A stretch of DNA of 25,412 nt from a virus (lineage: Duplodnaviria > Caudoviricetes). The stretch is from the IMG/VR virus record IMGVR_UViG_3300002307_000211, positions 1-25,412 of that record; one strand, 5' to 3'. The translations under genes and the position numbers were made by a program. The notes beneath the pieces are model-generated. The model saw only the letters and a list, made by a program, of their open reading frames with translations. It was not told where the DNA came from and searched no databases. Shown here piece after piece: positions 16,684 through 25,327 of this stretch. Numbering within the stretch: the stretch's first letter is position 1; the number at the start of each line of letters is the position of its first letter.

Positions 16684-17288
16684 ACCCCTCAGCTATTTTT
16701 GAAGATTTTGAAAAGAAATATCAGGGCAGCTTTGTTCAAGTTGAACTGGAAAACAAAGAACCACAGTTTTACCAATTACGAAGAATCCTTAAATCTAGCT
16801 CAAGATTTCCCCAATTAGAATTACTTTCTAATAAAACAGGTACTATTTTGTTAAACTATAATACAAAAGCACGTATTATATTTAAAGTACCAGAAGCAAG
16901 GTATATTCAAATAGGTAATGATGTTGCGTATTACTCTAGATTACCACAAAGACAATGGAAAAAAGGTTTAAATCCTAGCAATACTATTATTACAAACCCT
17001 TTAACTAATTTTATAACATATCGTAGTGATACAGAAGGTTTAAACTTCAAAAGTTTAGAATGTATTTATAACACCAAATATAGTACTAGAGAAGAAGCAT
17101 TTAAAAAACTAAGTAAAGAAAAGTATAAAGGTGTAGCATTAAGTAAAAACATAGCTGTTATATCAAACGAACGGTATAAACATTATATTATTTTCTACAG
17201 ATTTCATACTATTGGCACTATGTGTAAACTAACAGGTGCTATTACCACAAAAATGTTTGAAGACGAGGTTAATGATGAAGTTAAATGA
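16680..17288 (+). CDS. Hypothetical basic protein within ligase cluster
   Basis: ATG 16680 overlaps the ligase stop (ATGA), GGAG upstream; YSRLPQRQWKKGL. Confidence 0.7.
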   Translation: MNPSAIFEDFEKKYQGSFVQVELENKEPQFYQLRRILKSSSRFPQLELLSNKTGTILLNYNTKARIIFKVPEARYIQIGNDVAYYSRLPQRQWKKGLNPSNTIITNPLTNFITYRSDTEGLNFKSLECIYNTKYSTREEAFKKLSKEKYKGVALSKNIAVISNERYKHYIIFYRFHTIGTMCKLTGAITTKMFEDEVNDEVK

Positions 17289-18123
17289 AAGAGTAACGTA
17301 TCCTAACTTTGGACAAAACTATAAAATCACAACTCACAATGAACATAAACTTAATAGATTCTCAGCTCCTATAACAGGTATTGAAATAGAAGTAGAAAGT
17401 GTAGATAGAGATAGTGCAAGCGATAGAATTAACAATGCTTGGACAATAACTACAGATGGCTCATTACGCAATGGTGGGGCGGAATTTATTAGCAAACCAC
17501 TAAATCCAGAATATGTTGAATCAGCCTTACACTATCTATACACTAAGACATTTGACAATGAAATTCATTTTAGTCCTAGAACAAGTGTACATGTACATCT
17601 TGATTGTCGTAAATTAACTTTTAATCAAGTATATAATATTGTAATTTTATATCAATGTTTTGAAAGCCTATTATATAATTTTGCTGGTAAAGAACGTAGA
17701 AAATCTATTTATTGTGTACCTCTTAGCAACTCTATGTTTTATCTTGAATTTGCAAAAGCTATATCATTGTATGAATTCCCACAATGGAATAAATATACTG
17801 GATTAAATTTAGCAAGACTACATGAATTAGGTACTATAGAATTTAGACACTTACGTGGTACTTATGATTATAAAATTATCTGTACTTGGTTAGAAATACT
17901 GTATAAATTATATAATTTCGCTATTAATATAGATACATCAAAATTACAAGTATTAATTATAAATACAAGAAGTCATCTTACATTTCTTAATTTGATACAT
18001 AATGTGTTTGAAGAACATACAGAATTATTAATTAAAAATGAAAACTGGACTAAAGAAATGAAACAAGATTTATCCATAAGCAAATTGTTTATGTCTAAAA
18101 TAAACCTAGAAAGGGCTGCATAA
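17272..18123 (+). CDS. Putative amidoligase (Amidoligase_2-type COOH-NH2 ligase)
   Basis: GIEIEVE, DGSLRNGGAEFIS, RTSVHVHLD, KYTGLN, GTIEFRHLRGT. Start at ATG 17272 or 17275 after GAGGT. Confidence 0.85.
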   Translation: MMKLNERVTYPNFGQNYKITTHNEHKLNRFSAPITGIEIEVESVDRDSASDRINNAWTITTDGSLRNGGAEFISKPLNPEYVESALHYLYTKTFDNEIHFSPRTSVHVHLDCRKLTFNQVYNIVILYQCFESLLYNFAGKERRKSIYCVPLSNSMFYLEFAKAISLYEFPQWNKYTGLNLARLHELGTIEFRHLRGTYDYKIICTWLEILYKLYNFAINIDTSKLQVLIINTRSHLTFLNLIHNVFEEHTELLIKNENWTKEMKQDLSISKLFMSKINLERAA

Positions 18124-19484
18124 TGTGTGGAATTGTTGGAATAATGACAAAAGCAAAAGCTGGATTCTATCATACAGATTTAAATATGTTCAAAAACATG
18201 CTTGTTGTAGATAGTTTACGTGGTGAAGATAGTACTGGTGTGTATGGTGTATTTAAAAACTTACAAGCAAAAACAATTAAAGTTGCTGCAGAACCTCATA
18301 TGCTGTTTAGAACAGAAGAATGGCATGATTTCGAACGCAAAGCAGTAAATAGTATGCGTATTCTTGTAGGACATAATAGATATGCTACTAAAGGTGCTAT
18401 AACCAATAAAAATGCACATCCATTTGATGTAGGTAATATAGTACTAGTTCATAACGGTACAATTCATAATCAAAAAGACTTCAATAAAGAAGTAGAAGTA
18501 GATAGTCATGCTATTGCACACGCCTTAAATGAAAAACCAGCTGAAGAAGTTCTATCAGAAATTGATGGTGCTTTTGCTCTAGTCTGGTACAATCGTACAG
18601 AAGGTAAAGTGTTCTTTGCTAGAAATACACAAAGACCTCTATACTATGTAGATACAGATACTAATGTATACTTTGGATCAGAAGGTACTATGTTAGAATA
18701 TATTTTAAATAGAACAACCAGTTCTGTTGTATATAAAGCACATGCATTTCCTGTTGGTAAAATTATTTCATATGATACAAAAGGTACAAGTGAAACTAAA
18801 GACTTTGAGCTATTCTCCCCAAAGCTAAGTGGGGGGTACAGTCATACTTACCTCCCGAAACAAAAGCATGGGAACAATACTATCCAGAATACTACTGTTA
18901 ACTCTGATAATACTAGATTACCTTACAATACAAAAGTATTATTATCAATGACAAGTTTAAATACAAATGCTAAAGGATATGGTGGTTGTACTGGTAAATT
19001 AGTACACCCAGAAACTAATATTGATTTCTCAGGACAATTTGACACTAATCTTTTAGATAAAGAAATAGAAGAATTAGCTAATAGTGGTAGATATGCCGAA
19101 GGAATAATTTCAGGAAGTTTAAAAACAACCTGTGGATTATCCTACTATGTACAAAAAGTTAAACCAGCAGAAACAATAGCAATATATAATAAATCTAAAT
19201 TACCAAAAATATTATGGGAACATATTTGTAAAAACAACAAATGTGATAAATGTGGTTCAGAAATTCTAACACATGAAGCGGATATGACTAGTGTTAAAGT
19301 TAAAAACTTAACAAATAAATTTAGAGTAGTATGCAGTACGTGTGTAATGGAGGCATTAGATGAGAGAACAAACCCTAGCAACATCCAAAATAGCAATAGT
19401 CCCGTACAAGAATACCAGCAGATCAGCAAACACATTGAGAATTGGGTTGACGCAAGCAGTCAAGAAATCAGTATTATTCATTAA
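18123..19484 (+). CDS. Class II (Ntn) glutamine amidotransferase with C-terminal extension and Zn-finger
   Basis: N-terminal MCGIVG, RGEDSTG, GHNRYAT, NAHPF, HNGTI, VDS, DGAFA, RPLY; C-terminal CDKC...CSTC; no SIS or PRTase domain recognisable. Confidence 0.9.
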   Translation: MCGIVGIMTKAKAGFYHTDLNMFKNMLVVDSLRGEDSTGVYGVFKNLQAKTIKVAAEPHMLFRTEEWHDFERKAVNSMRILVGHNRYATKGAITNKNAHPFDVGNIVLVHNGTIHNQKDFNKEVEVDSHAIAHALNEKPAEEVLSEIDGAFALVWYNRTEGKVFFARNTQRPLYYVDTDTNVYFGSEGTMLEYILNRTTSSVVYKAHAFPVGKIISYDTKGTSETKDFELFSPKLSGGYSHTYLPKQKHGNNTIQNTTVNSDNTRLPYNTKVLLSMTSLNTNAKGYGGCTGKLVHPETNIDFSGQFDTNLLDKEIEELANSGRYAEGIISGSLKTTCGLSYYVQKVKPAETIAIYNKSKLPKILWEHICKNNKCDKCGSEILTHEADMTSVKVKNLTNKFRVVCSTCVMEALDERTNPSNIQNSNSPVQEYQQISKHIENWVDASSQEISIIH

Positions 19485-20160
19485 ACAAGAAAGATGTTAC
19501 AAAACAAAACCTACAAGAATATTAATTAACTGGGGTTCATCAAACCATAATATTAGTTATACAGACAGCAAAGTATATAATAGTCCATATGCAATACAAC
19601 TTGCAAGCAATAAAATATATACTCTTGCTCATTTTACACATAATAATGTACCATGTCCCGCATGGACTACTAATAAAAATACAGCATTAGGTTGGATTGA
19701 AGCAAATAAAACTGTAGTTTGTAGAAAAACAGTAACTAGCCATAGTGGTAATGGTATTGTTTTTGCTGAAACTGCAGAAAATTTAGAAAATATCAATGCT
19801 CCACTATACACAATGTATATCAAAAAAAGAAAAGAATTTCGTGTACATGTCTTTAACAACAAAGTAATTGATGTTCAAGAAAAAAGGAGAAACATAGATG
19901 TTCAAAATGTTGATTACCGTATTCGCAATCATAACAATGGCTTTGTTTTTTGCCGTACTGATGTTAATATCCCTGACAACTTGCATAATGTTGCTTTACA
20001 AGCTGTTTCTGCACTTGGGTTAGACTTTGGTGCTGTAGATATTGTCTGGAATGAAAACCAAAATGAATGTTATGCTTTAGAAGTTAACACAGCACCAGGG
20101 CTTGAAGGCTCTACCCTAGATGCATACACAAAAGCAATAATGGAGGTAGTATATGAATGA
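19360..20160 (+). CDS. ATP-grasp peptide ligase (RimK-like, phage type)
   Basis: LINWG, ASNK, SHSGNGI, EFRVHV, IRN, LGLDFGAVDIV, LEVNTAPGL; GGAGG SD. Confidence 0.88.
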   Translation: MREQTLATSKIAIVPYKNTSRSANTLRIGLTQAVKKSVLFIKQERCYKTKPTRILINWGSSNHNISYTDSKVYNSPYAIQLASNKIYTLAHFTHNNVPCPAWTTNKNTALGWIEANKTVVCRKTVTSHSGNGIVFAETAENLENINAPLYTMYIKKRKEFRVHVFNNKVIDVQEKRRNIDVQNVDYRIRNHNNGFVFCRTDVNIPDNLHNVALQAVSALGLDFGAVDIVWNENQNECYALEVNTAPGLEGSTLDAYTKAIMEVVYE

Positions 20161-20446
20161 AGATTTAATGTGGAAAAAAGAAAATGAAAATAATCCTAAA
20201 ATATATTCTGTAGGATTAACAAATAAAGCGTTTGAAATGTTAGGTCAAATATGGTCGATTGTACCTATCAACGATCGTAAAAGAAACTACAGTGAAAATG
20301 AAGCTTTGTTTACAGTAGAAGGTTCTGATAGTTTAACTACAATAACAGCACCTTTTAACATCAAACGAATGAATTATACTGAAAATGCTATAGAAAGGCC
20401 TGACGAATTAAATTCATCAACAGCTCTATTCTTTGCTGAGGTTTAA
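20153..20446 (+). CDS. Hypothetical protein
   Basis: GGAGG SD, 8-nt overlap with ATP-grasp gene. Confidence 0.65.
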   Translation: MNEDLMWKKENENNPKIYSVGLTNKAFEMLGQIWSIVPINDRKRNYSENEALFTVEGSDSLTTITAPFNIKRMNYTENAIERPDELNSSTALFFAEV

Positions 20447-20447
20447 T

Positions 20448-20627
20448 ATGAGATGTTTATCTTGTAACTGTGTATTAACAGACTTTGAAGCAACACGTAA
20501 AGGTGCTAATACAAATAACTATATAGATCTATGTAATAGGTGTTTTAAATCTATTGCAGAAGATATCGATGTAATTGAAAGATCAGACTTACAAACAGAA
20601 GGAGATTTAAATGGCAATGACAACTAA
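20448..20627 (+). CDS. Small Zn-finger protein
   Basis: ATG 20448 after GAGGT; MRCLSC...DLCNRC (two CxxC). Confidence 0.7.
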   Translation: MRCLSCNCVLTDFEATRKGANTNNYIDLCNRCFKSIAEDIDVIERSDLQTEGDLNGNDN

Positions 20628-20682
20628 ACAACCTGACACTATCATAACATTCCCACAACCTAAGGTTAAACATGTATACTGA
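20611..20682 (+). CDS. Candidate 23-aa microprotein
   Basis: AAGGAG, 6 nt, ATG; MAMTTKQPDTIITFPQPKVKHVY; overlaps both neighbours. Confidence 0.4.
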   Translation: MAMTTKQPDTIITFPQPKVKHVY

Positions 20683-21016
20683 TAAGATTATACCTAAAAA
20701 CTCTCTTGTAAGAGTTCTTAATAGTAAAAATCATCTTACATTTAGAGTAGTAGCATACAATGAAAAATCAAAATTGTACCTACTAGAAACAGCTAACAGT
20801 TTATATAAATCACATTTATATACACCTAGAAACAATATACAACGAATACATATGCCAAAAGCTAAAAAAGTAATTGTAAAACCAATAGAAAGGGTTAGTT
20901 TACCAGAAGCATTAAGAACTTTACTTAACCCAGAACGACAAACAACAACAAACATAGGAACAGATGCTAATAATTTTGGGGTTAATTTTAATAACAGCTT
21001 ACATACAATACCGTAA
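20672..21016 (+). CDS. Hypothetical basic protein
   Basis: 114 aa, AAGGT SD. Confidence 0.55.
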   Translation: MYTDKIIPKNSLVRVLNSKNHLTFRVVAYNEKSKLYLLETANSLYKSHLYTPRNNIQRIHMPKAKKVIVKPIERVSLPEALRTLLNPERQTTTNIGTDANNFGVNFNNSLHTIP

Positions 21017-21040
21017 AGATCAACTTAAAAATAATAAATA

Positions 21041-21739
21041 ATGGGTGTATTCGTAAAACATGAAAGTTGCCCAAAATGCGGTTCAAAAGACAATCTAGCT
21101 CGTTACGATGACAACTCCGCATACTGTTTTGGGTGTAAATATACAGAAAATAATACAAAATATATACCTAAACCTGAAGATAACACTGAACCTATCATCA
21201 AATTACCAGAAAATAGTACCACACAATTAGGTGAAAAAGCAATAAAATGGCTTGACAAATACGAAATTACACCTGAAGAACGTGTAAGATATCGTATGAT
21301 GTGGTCTCAAGAAAAAGAACAGCTAATATTCCCTATATTTAACGCAGATTCTACCGTACTTGCTTGGCAAGCTCGTAATTTTAGAGACGACGCTAAAAAT
21401 AAATACTTTAGTCAAGGTAAAATACACGACATTATCTATCTATGTGGTAATAAAAAAGCTCCTATCATTCTTGTAGAAGACCTTGTTAGTGCCATTAAAG
21501 TAGCTAGAGTATGCTCTGCTATGCCCTTGTTCGGTTCAGACGCTTCTACAACCCTTTTAATGCGTTTAAAACACCATACTGAGAGTATTATAGTATGGTT
21601 AGACAGCGATAAATGGAAAAACAGTCAAGATATTGTAAACAGAGCTAGATCTATAGGATTAACATCACTTGCGGTGTACACTACAAACGATCCTAAAGAA
21701 TATGATACAAATAAAATAAAATACTTCTTGACAAATTAA
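21041..21739 (+). CDS. DNA primase (T7-like Zn-binding domain plus TOPRIM)
   Basis: CPKCGSKD...YCFGC, WQAR, KY, ILVEDLVSA, VWLDSD, DPK. Confidence 0.85.
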   Translation: MGVFVKHESCPKCGSKDNLARYDDNSAYCFGCKYTENNTKYIPKPEDNTEPIIKLPENSTTQLGEKAIKWLDKYEITPEERVRYRMMWSQEKEQLIFPIFNADSTVLAWQARNFRDDAKNKYFSQGKIHDIIYLCGNKKAPIILVEDLVSAIKVARVCSAMPLFGSDASTTLLMRLKHHTESIIVWLDSDKWKNSQDIVNRARSIGLTSLAVYTTNDPKEYDTNKIKYFLTN

Positions 21740-21756
21740 AAAAACCTTGGTATAAT
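21728..21756 (+). promoter_or_regulatory. Perfect-consensus sigma70 promoter for helicase/polymerase genes
   Basis: TTGACA (21728-33), 17 nt, TATAAT (21751-56), extended -10 TG; AAGGA SD follows. Confidence 0.8.
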
Positions 21757-21777
21757 ATTAGTATAAAAGGAAAGAAA

Positions 21778-23004
21778 ATGATAGAATTACAAATATTAAA
21801 AAGTTTCTTAACAAAAAATACCTGGGTTGAATATAGAAAGTATATTAATAAAAAAGATTTAACTAAAGAATTAACAACACTGTTTGATATTTTAGATAGT
21901 CATCATGCAAACTTTGATACAGACTTAACTGAATCAGAATTTGAAGTTGTGTGTGAGATGAGTCACAAAATAGACAAAACACATAAAGAAGTGTTGAAAA
22001 CGATGACCGCCTGTCATGTGAGACCAGAGTTAGTTGGGGATTTGCTTACCGCCTATAAGCAAAAAAGTGTATTATCCCGACTTGCTCTGGCAGCTTACGA
22101 TGCATCAGAGGGGCGGAAATCTATCGATACAGTTAACAATATCATTAATGAACTAACAGACCCAAACACTGTAATAAAAGTAGAGGAGAACAACTTTGCT
22201 ACCGAAAACTTAGAAGAATTATACATCACAACTTATGCAAAGCCTGGACTAAGATGGCGTTTAGATACGCTAAATAAATCACTGGGATCTTTGCGTAAGG
22301 GTGACTTTGGTTTTATCTTTGCTAGACCAGAAACAGGTAAAACCACATTCTTAGCATCAGAATTAACACACATGGCTACTCAAACCACAAGACCAATCTT
22401 GTGGATTAACAACGAAGAACAATCTAACAAAGTTATGTTGCGTTGTTATCAAGCTTTATTAGGCCTTACAGACATTGAATTGTTCTCTGACATACCTAGA
22501 GCTCAAGCTGAGTACACTAAACTAATAGAAGGCCGTTTACGCATCTTTAACGGTGTATCTGCATCCGCTAATCAAATTGAAAAGTTATGCAGAGATATAA
22601 ATCCTGAATTAATTGTATTTGATCAAATTGATAAAATCGGTGGATTCAACAATGACCGTGAAGACTTGCGTCTCGGTGCCATTTACCAATGGGCACGAGA
22701 ACTTGCAAAGATTTATGGTCCTGTTATTGGAGTAACACAAGCTGATGGTAGTGGTGACAATCAACGCTGGTTAAATATGAACAACATTGCTAATGCCAAA
22801 ACATCCAAACAAGCGGAAGCTGACTGGATTCTAGGCATCGGTAAAGTTTATGATATAGGTTTAGAATACATTAGATTTCTTAACATATGTAAAAACAAGC
22901 TACAAGGAGATCCTGATACCAACCCAGAACTTCGTCACGGTCGTTTAGAGGTATTAATATCTCCTAGTATAGCTAGATACGAGGACTTAACACACAGTGA
23001 TTAA
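21778..23004 (+). CDS. Replicative SF4 (DnaB/T7 gp4-like) helicase
   Basis: Walker A ARPETGKTT, INNEE, Walker B IVFDQIDK, VTQA, EADWILGIG, CKNK. Confidence 0.9.
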   Translation: MIELQILKSFLTKNTWVEYRKYINKKDLTKELTTLFDILDSHHANFDTDLTESEFEVVCEMSHKIDKTHKEVLKTMTACHVRPELVGDLLTAYKQKSVLSRLALAAYDASEGRKSIDTVNNIINELTDPNTVIKVEENNFATENLEELYITTYAKPGLRWRLDTLNKSLGSLRKGDFGFIFARPETGKTTFLASELTHMATQTTRPILWINNEEQSNKVMLRCYQALLGLTDIELFSDIPRAQAEYTKLIEGRLRIFNGVSASANQIEKLCRDINPELIVFDQIDKIGGFNNDREDLRLGAIYQWARELAKIYGPVIGVTQADGSGDNQRWLNMNNIANAKTSKQAEADWILGIGKVYDIGLEYIRFLNICKNKLQGDPDTNPELRHGRLEVLISPSIARYEDLTHSD

Positions 23005-23500
23005 ATGGATAATTTTAGTACTAAGCTTCTTCCTAATGGTAAAACATGATCCCATACCACTAAAACAAACTGAAACAAAACCATATTATAATATAGTAAA
23101 ATACCTATCTAATAAATACAATAAAGATGAAAAACTAATACAAGAATATGTAAATATAGTTATAAGAGAAACTACAAAATATAACATTGATCCACTCCTT
23201 GTTCTTGCTATGATTGAGACTGAATCTGGTTTTAATAGTAGAGCTTATAATCAATCTGGTGCTATGGGTCTTATGCAAGTAATTCCAAGATATCACCCAG
23301 ATTTAATCACACAAGAACATCAAAGCTTGTATGATCCAAATATGGGTATTAATATTGGTGTTGCTGTACTTGTAAAATTCATACAAAAACATAACGGTAA
23401 CTTTGTAAAAGCAATAAATAATTATGGTGGAGATAGTAGCGGTAATTACTACAAAACAATTTATAGACATTTACAAGAAATAGAACAACATGACATCTAA
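22997..23500 (+). CDS. Lytic transglycosylase (SLT) with hydrophobic N-terminus
   Basis: IDPLLVLAMIETESGFN, SGAMGLMQV, LYDP-x3-INIG, AINNY; N-terminus MIKWIILVLSFFLMV; GTG start with GAGG SD. Confidence 0.88.
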   Translation: MIKWIILVLSFFLMVKHDPIPLKQTETKPYYNIVKYLSNKYNKDEKLIQEYVNIVIRETTKYNIDPLLVLAMIETESGFNSRAYNQSGAMGLMQVIPRYHPDLITQEHQSLYDPNMGINIGVAVLVKFIQKHNGNFVKAINNYGGDSSGNYYKTIYRHLQEIEQHDI

Positions 23501-23681
23501 AATAAAAAGAAAATACACACCATGTTATACTGTTATTCGTGTAGAAAATCCTTGTGTATTAGGAGTATTTGAATATCTAGATCAAGCAAAAGTATTTGCA
23601 GAAAATGTTCAGAAAATATACAATGATTATGACACACCTTTGACAGTAAAAATACAACCCTCTGACTATTGTCACTTCTAA
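23490..23681 (+). CDS. Small hypothetical protein
   Basis: 63 aa, VLGVFEYLDQAK; coupled to the pol gene by TAATG. Confidence 0.6.
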   Translation: MTSKIKRKYTPCYTVIRVENPCVLGVFEYLDQAKVFAENVQKIYNDYDTPLTVKIQPSDYCHF

Positions 23682-24793
23682 TGAAAGTACTATGCATCGA
23701 TGTTGAAACTACTATTAGTAATGGGGGCAATCCTTTTAATTGTAACAACAATCTTGTCAGCGTCGCTTATATTTGCGGCGATAATCAACACTGTAGTGGA
23801 AATTATTTTAGCAATACAATTCAAAGAGAAATTTCCGACGCGGATCGTATTGTTGGGTTTAACATTAAGTTTGATCTGCACTGGTTACGTCGCACTGGTT
23901 ATGACATTTCCATGGTCAATATTTGGGACTGTCAAATAGCAGAGTTTGTGCTATCTAGACAAAAAACTAAATACCCTTCTCTAGCAAACACACTTGCTAA
24001 ATATGGATTAGAACCTAAATTAGATATTGTTAAAACAGAATACTGGGACAAAGGCATTGACACTGATCAAATTCCTTGGGATATTGTTGCTGAATATAAT
24101 ATGCAAGATGTCAAACAAACATTAGAACTATATCATAAACAGCAAGAAATAGCGACACCTATACAAAAAAGATTAATTCACTTATGTTGTATGGATCTGC
24201 TAACACTGCAAGAAATGGAATACAATGGTATCTTTGTAGACTTAGACGAATGTCTTAATAGTTGTGTAGAAGTTAAACTAAAAATAGATTCTATCAAAAA
24301 TAAACTACAAACCAAATACCCACACATTCCTATCAACTTTGACAGCCCAGAACATCTTTCTGCCTACTTGTATGGTGGTATCATCAAAGAAGACAATAAA
24401 GAGCTTGTAGGGCTGTTTAAAACAGGTACAAGAGCTAACACACCTAAATACAAAAACATTGTAATTGAACATCCATTAGCTGGATTTACAAAACCAATAA
24501 CAGGTACTGAATTAAAAAAAGAAGGAGTATGGGGAACAGGTGAAAGTGTGCTACAACAACTAAAAGATAAATCAGGTACAGTAGAATTACTATTACAACT
24601 TGCTCAATTAACTAAAACTAAAGAATTCTTTGAAAGTTTTATTAAAATCAATAAAGACAACAACTGGCCTAAAAATAGAATACATGGTAACTTTAATCAA
24701 GTCAGCACATCAACAGGTAGATTGTCTAGTACTAAACCTAATCTACAAAACATGTGTCCTGAACTACAAACATTTGTAAGGAGTGAAAAATGA
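23681..24793 (+). CDS. polA: Family A DNA polymerase, N-terminal part (3'-5' exonuclease, thumb, start of palm); split gene
   Basis: ExoI CIDVET, ExoII GFNIKFD, ExoIII YNMQDV, EMEYNGI, INFDSPEHL, TSTGRLSSTKPNLQN, then stop; motifs A/B/C absent. Confidence 0.88.
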   Translation: MKVLCIDVETTISNGGNPFNCNNNLVSVAYICGDNQHCSGNYFSNTIQREISDADRIVGFNIKFDLHWLRRTGYDISMVNIWDCQIAEFVLSRQKTKYPSLANTLAKYGLEPKLDIVKTEYWDKGIDTDQIPWDIVAEYNMQDVKQTLELYHKQQEIATPIQKRLIHLCCMDLLTLQEMEYNGIFVDLDECLNSCVEVKLKIDSIKNKLQTKYPHIPINFDSPEHLSAYLYGGIIKEDNKELVGLFKTGTRANTPKYKNIVIEHPLAGFTKPITGTELKKEGVWGTGESVLQQLKDKSGTVELLLQLAQLTKTKEFFESFIKINKDNNWPKNRIHGNFNQVSTSTGRLSSTKPNLQNMCPELQTFVRSEK

Positions 24794-24978
24794 ATGAATG
24801 GATAAGTGTTAAAGATAGATTGCCAAAAAATAATGAAGAAATTATTGGTTTTGAAAAGTTAATTTTTTTTGGTTGGTATGATAACCGATTTGGGTTTCTA
24901 GATGTTGTTGAAGAATGTCATAGAGAAAAAACGACACATTGGATGCCATTGCCTAACCCACCAAAGGAGGTTGTATGA
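24790..24978 (+). CDS. DUF551-like protein
   Basis: EWISVKDRLP...THWMPLPNPP. Confidence 0.85.
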   Translation: MNEWISVKDRLPKNNEEIIGFEKLIFFGWYDNRFGFLDVVEECHREKTTHWMPLPNPPKEVV

Positions 24979-25187
24979 ATGAACCAATCGGAAATACCAA
25001 ACAGTTGCCTAAAGCAAAATTGTTACGAAAAAAACTAAAAAATGGCTTGATTATTGAGAAATGGGATTTAGTAACCATTATTGAAAAACAAGAAGAAGAA
25101 ATTAAACAATTAAAAGACGAATTAGAAGATTGCATTTGTCAAGGTGGTCACAGCAAACCATATTTAAAAGTAAAGGGAAAATTATGA
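24975..25187 (+). CDS. Hypothetical protein
   Basis: AGGAGG SD, ATGA overlap. Confidence 0.65.
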   Translation: MNEPIGNTKQLPKAKLLRKKLKNGLIIEKWDLVTIIEKQEEEIKQLKDELEDCICQGGHSKPYLKVKGKL

Positions 25188-25327
25188 CATTAGAAGATGT
25201 GGTAGATAGCATGATTGCTAATGCACAAAGATATAGGTATTTAAGAAATCATTGCTATAAATTAAGAAACCCTAATAGTGAATTTGATTCAGCAATGGAA
25301 GTCGAGGTGAGAAATGACTGCAAATGA
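25184..25327 (+). CDS. Small hypothetical protein (A-x-RYRYLR motif)
   Basis: ATG 25184 overlaps the previous stop; NAQRYRYLR resembles the common phage DAERYRWLR motif. Confidence 0.55.
   Translation: MTLEDVVDSMIANAQRYRYLRNHCYKLRNPNSEFDSAMEVEVRNDCK

Noticed and set aside
18123-19484. Calling the class II amidotransferase glmS or purF
   Set aside because: No sugar-isomerase or phosphoribosyltransferase domain follows the Ntn domain.
24760-24800. Programmed frameshift or sequencing error rescuing full-length polA
   Set aside because: Downstream sequence encodes a clear DUF551 protein, and no polymerase motif A/B/C was seen before the window end.
13777-25135. Minus-strand ORFs in the right arm and plus ORF 23700-23939
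   Set aside because: Antisense or out-of-frame overlaps of motif-bearing genes; hydrophobicity is explained by A-rich coding strand bias.
11705-25327. Longest-ORF starts at 11705, 13896, 15380, 16665, 17236, 20433, 23669 and 25130
   Set aside because: Downstream ATGs have better SD sequences or stop-start coupling; features use the revised starts.
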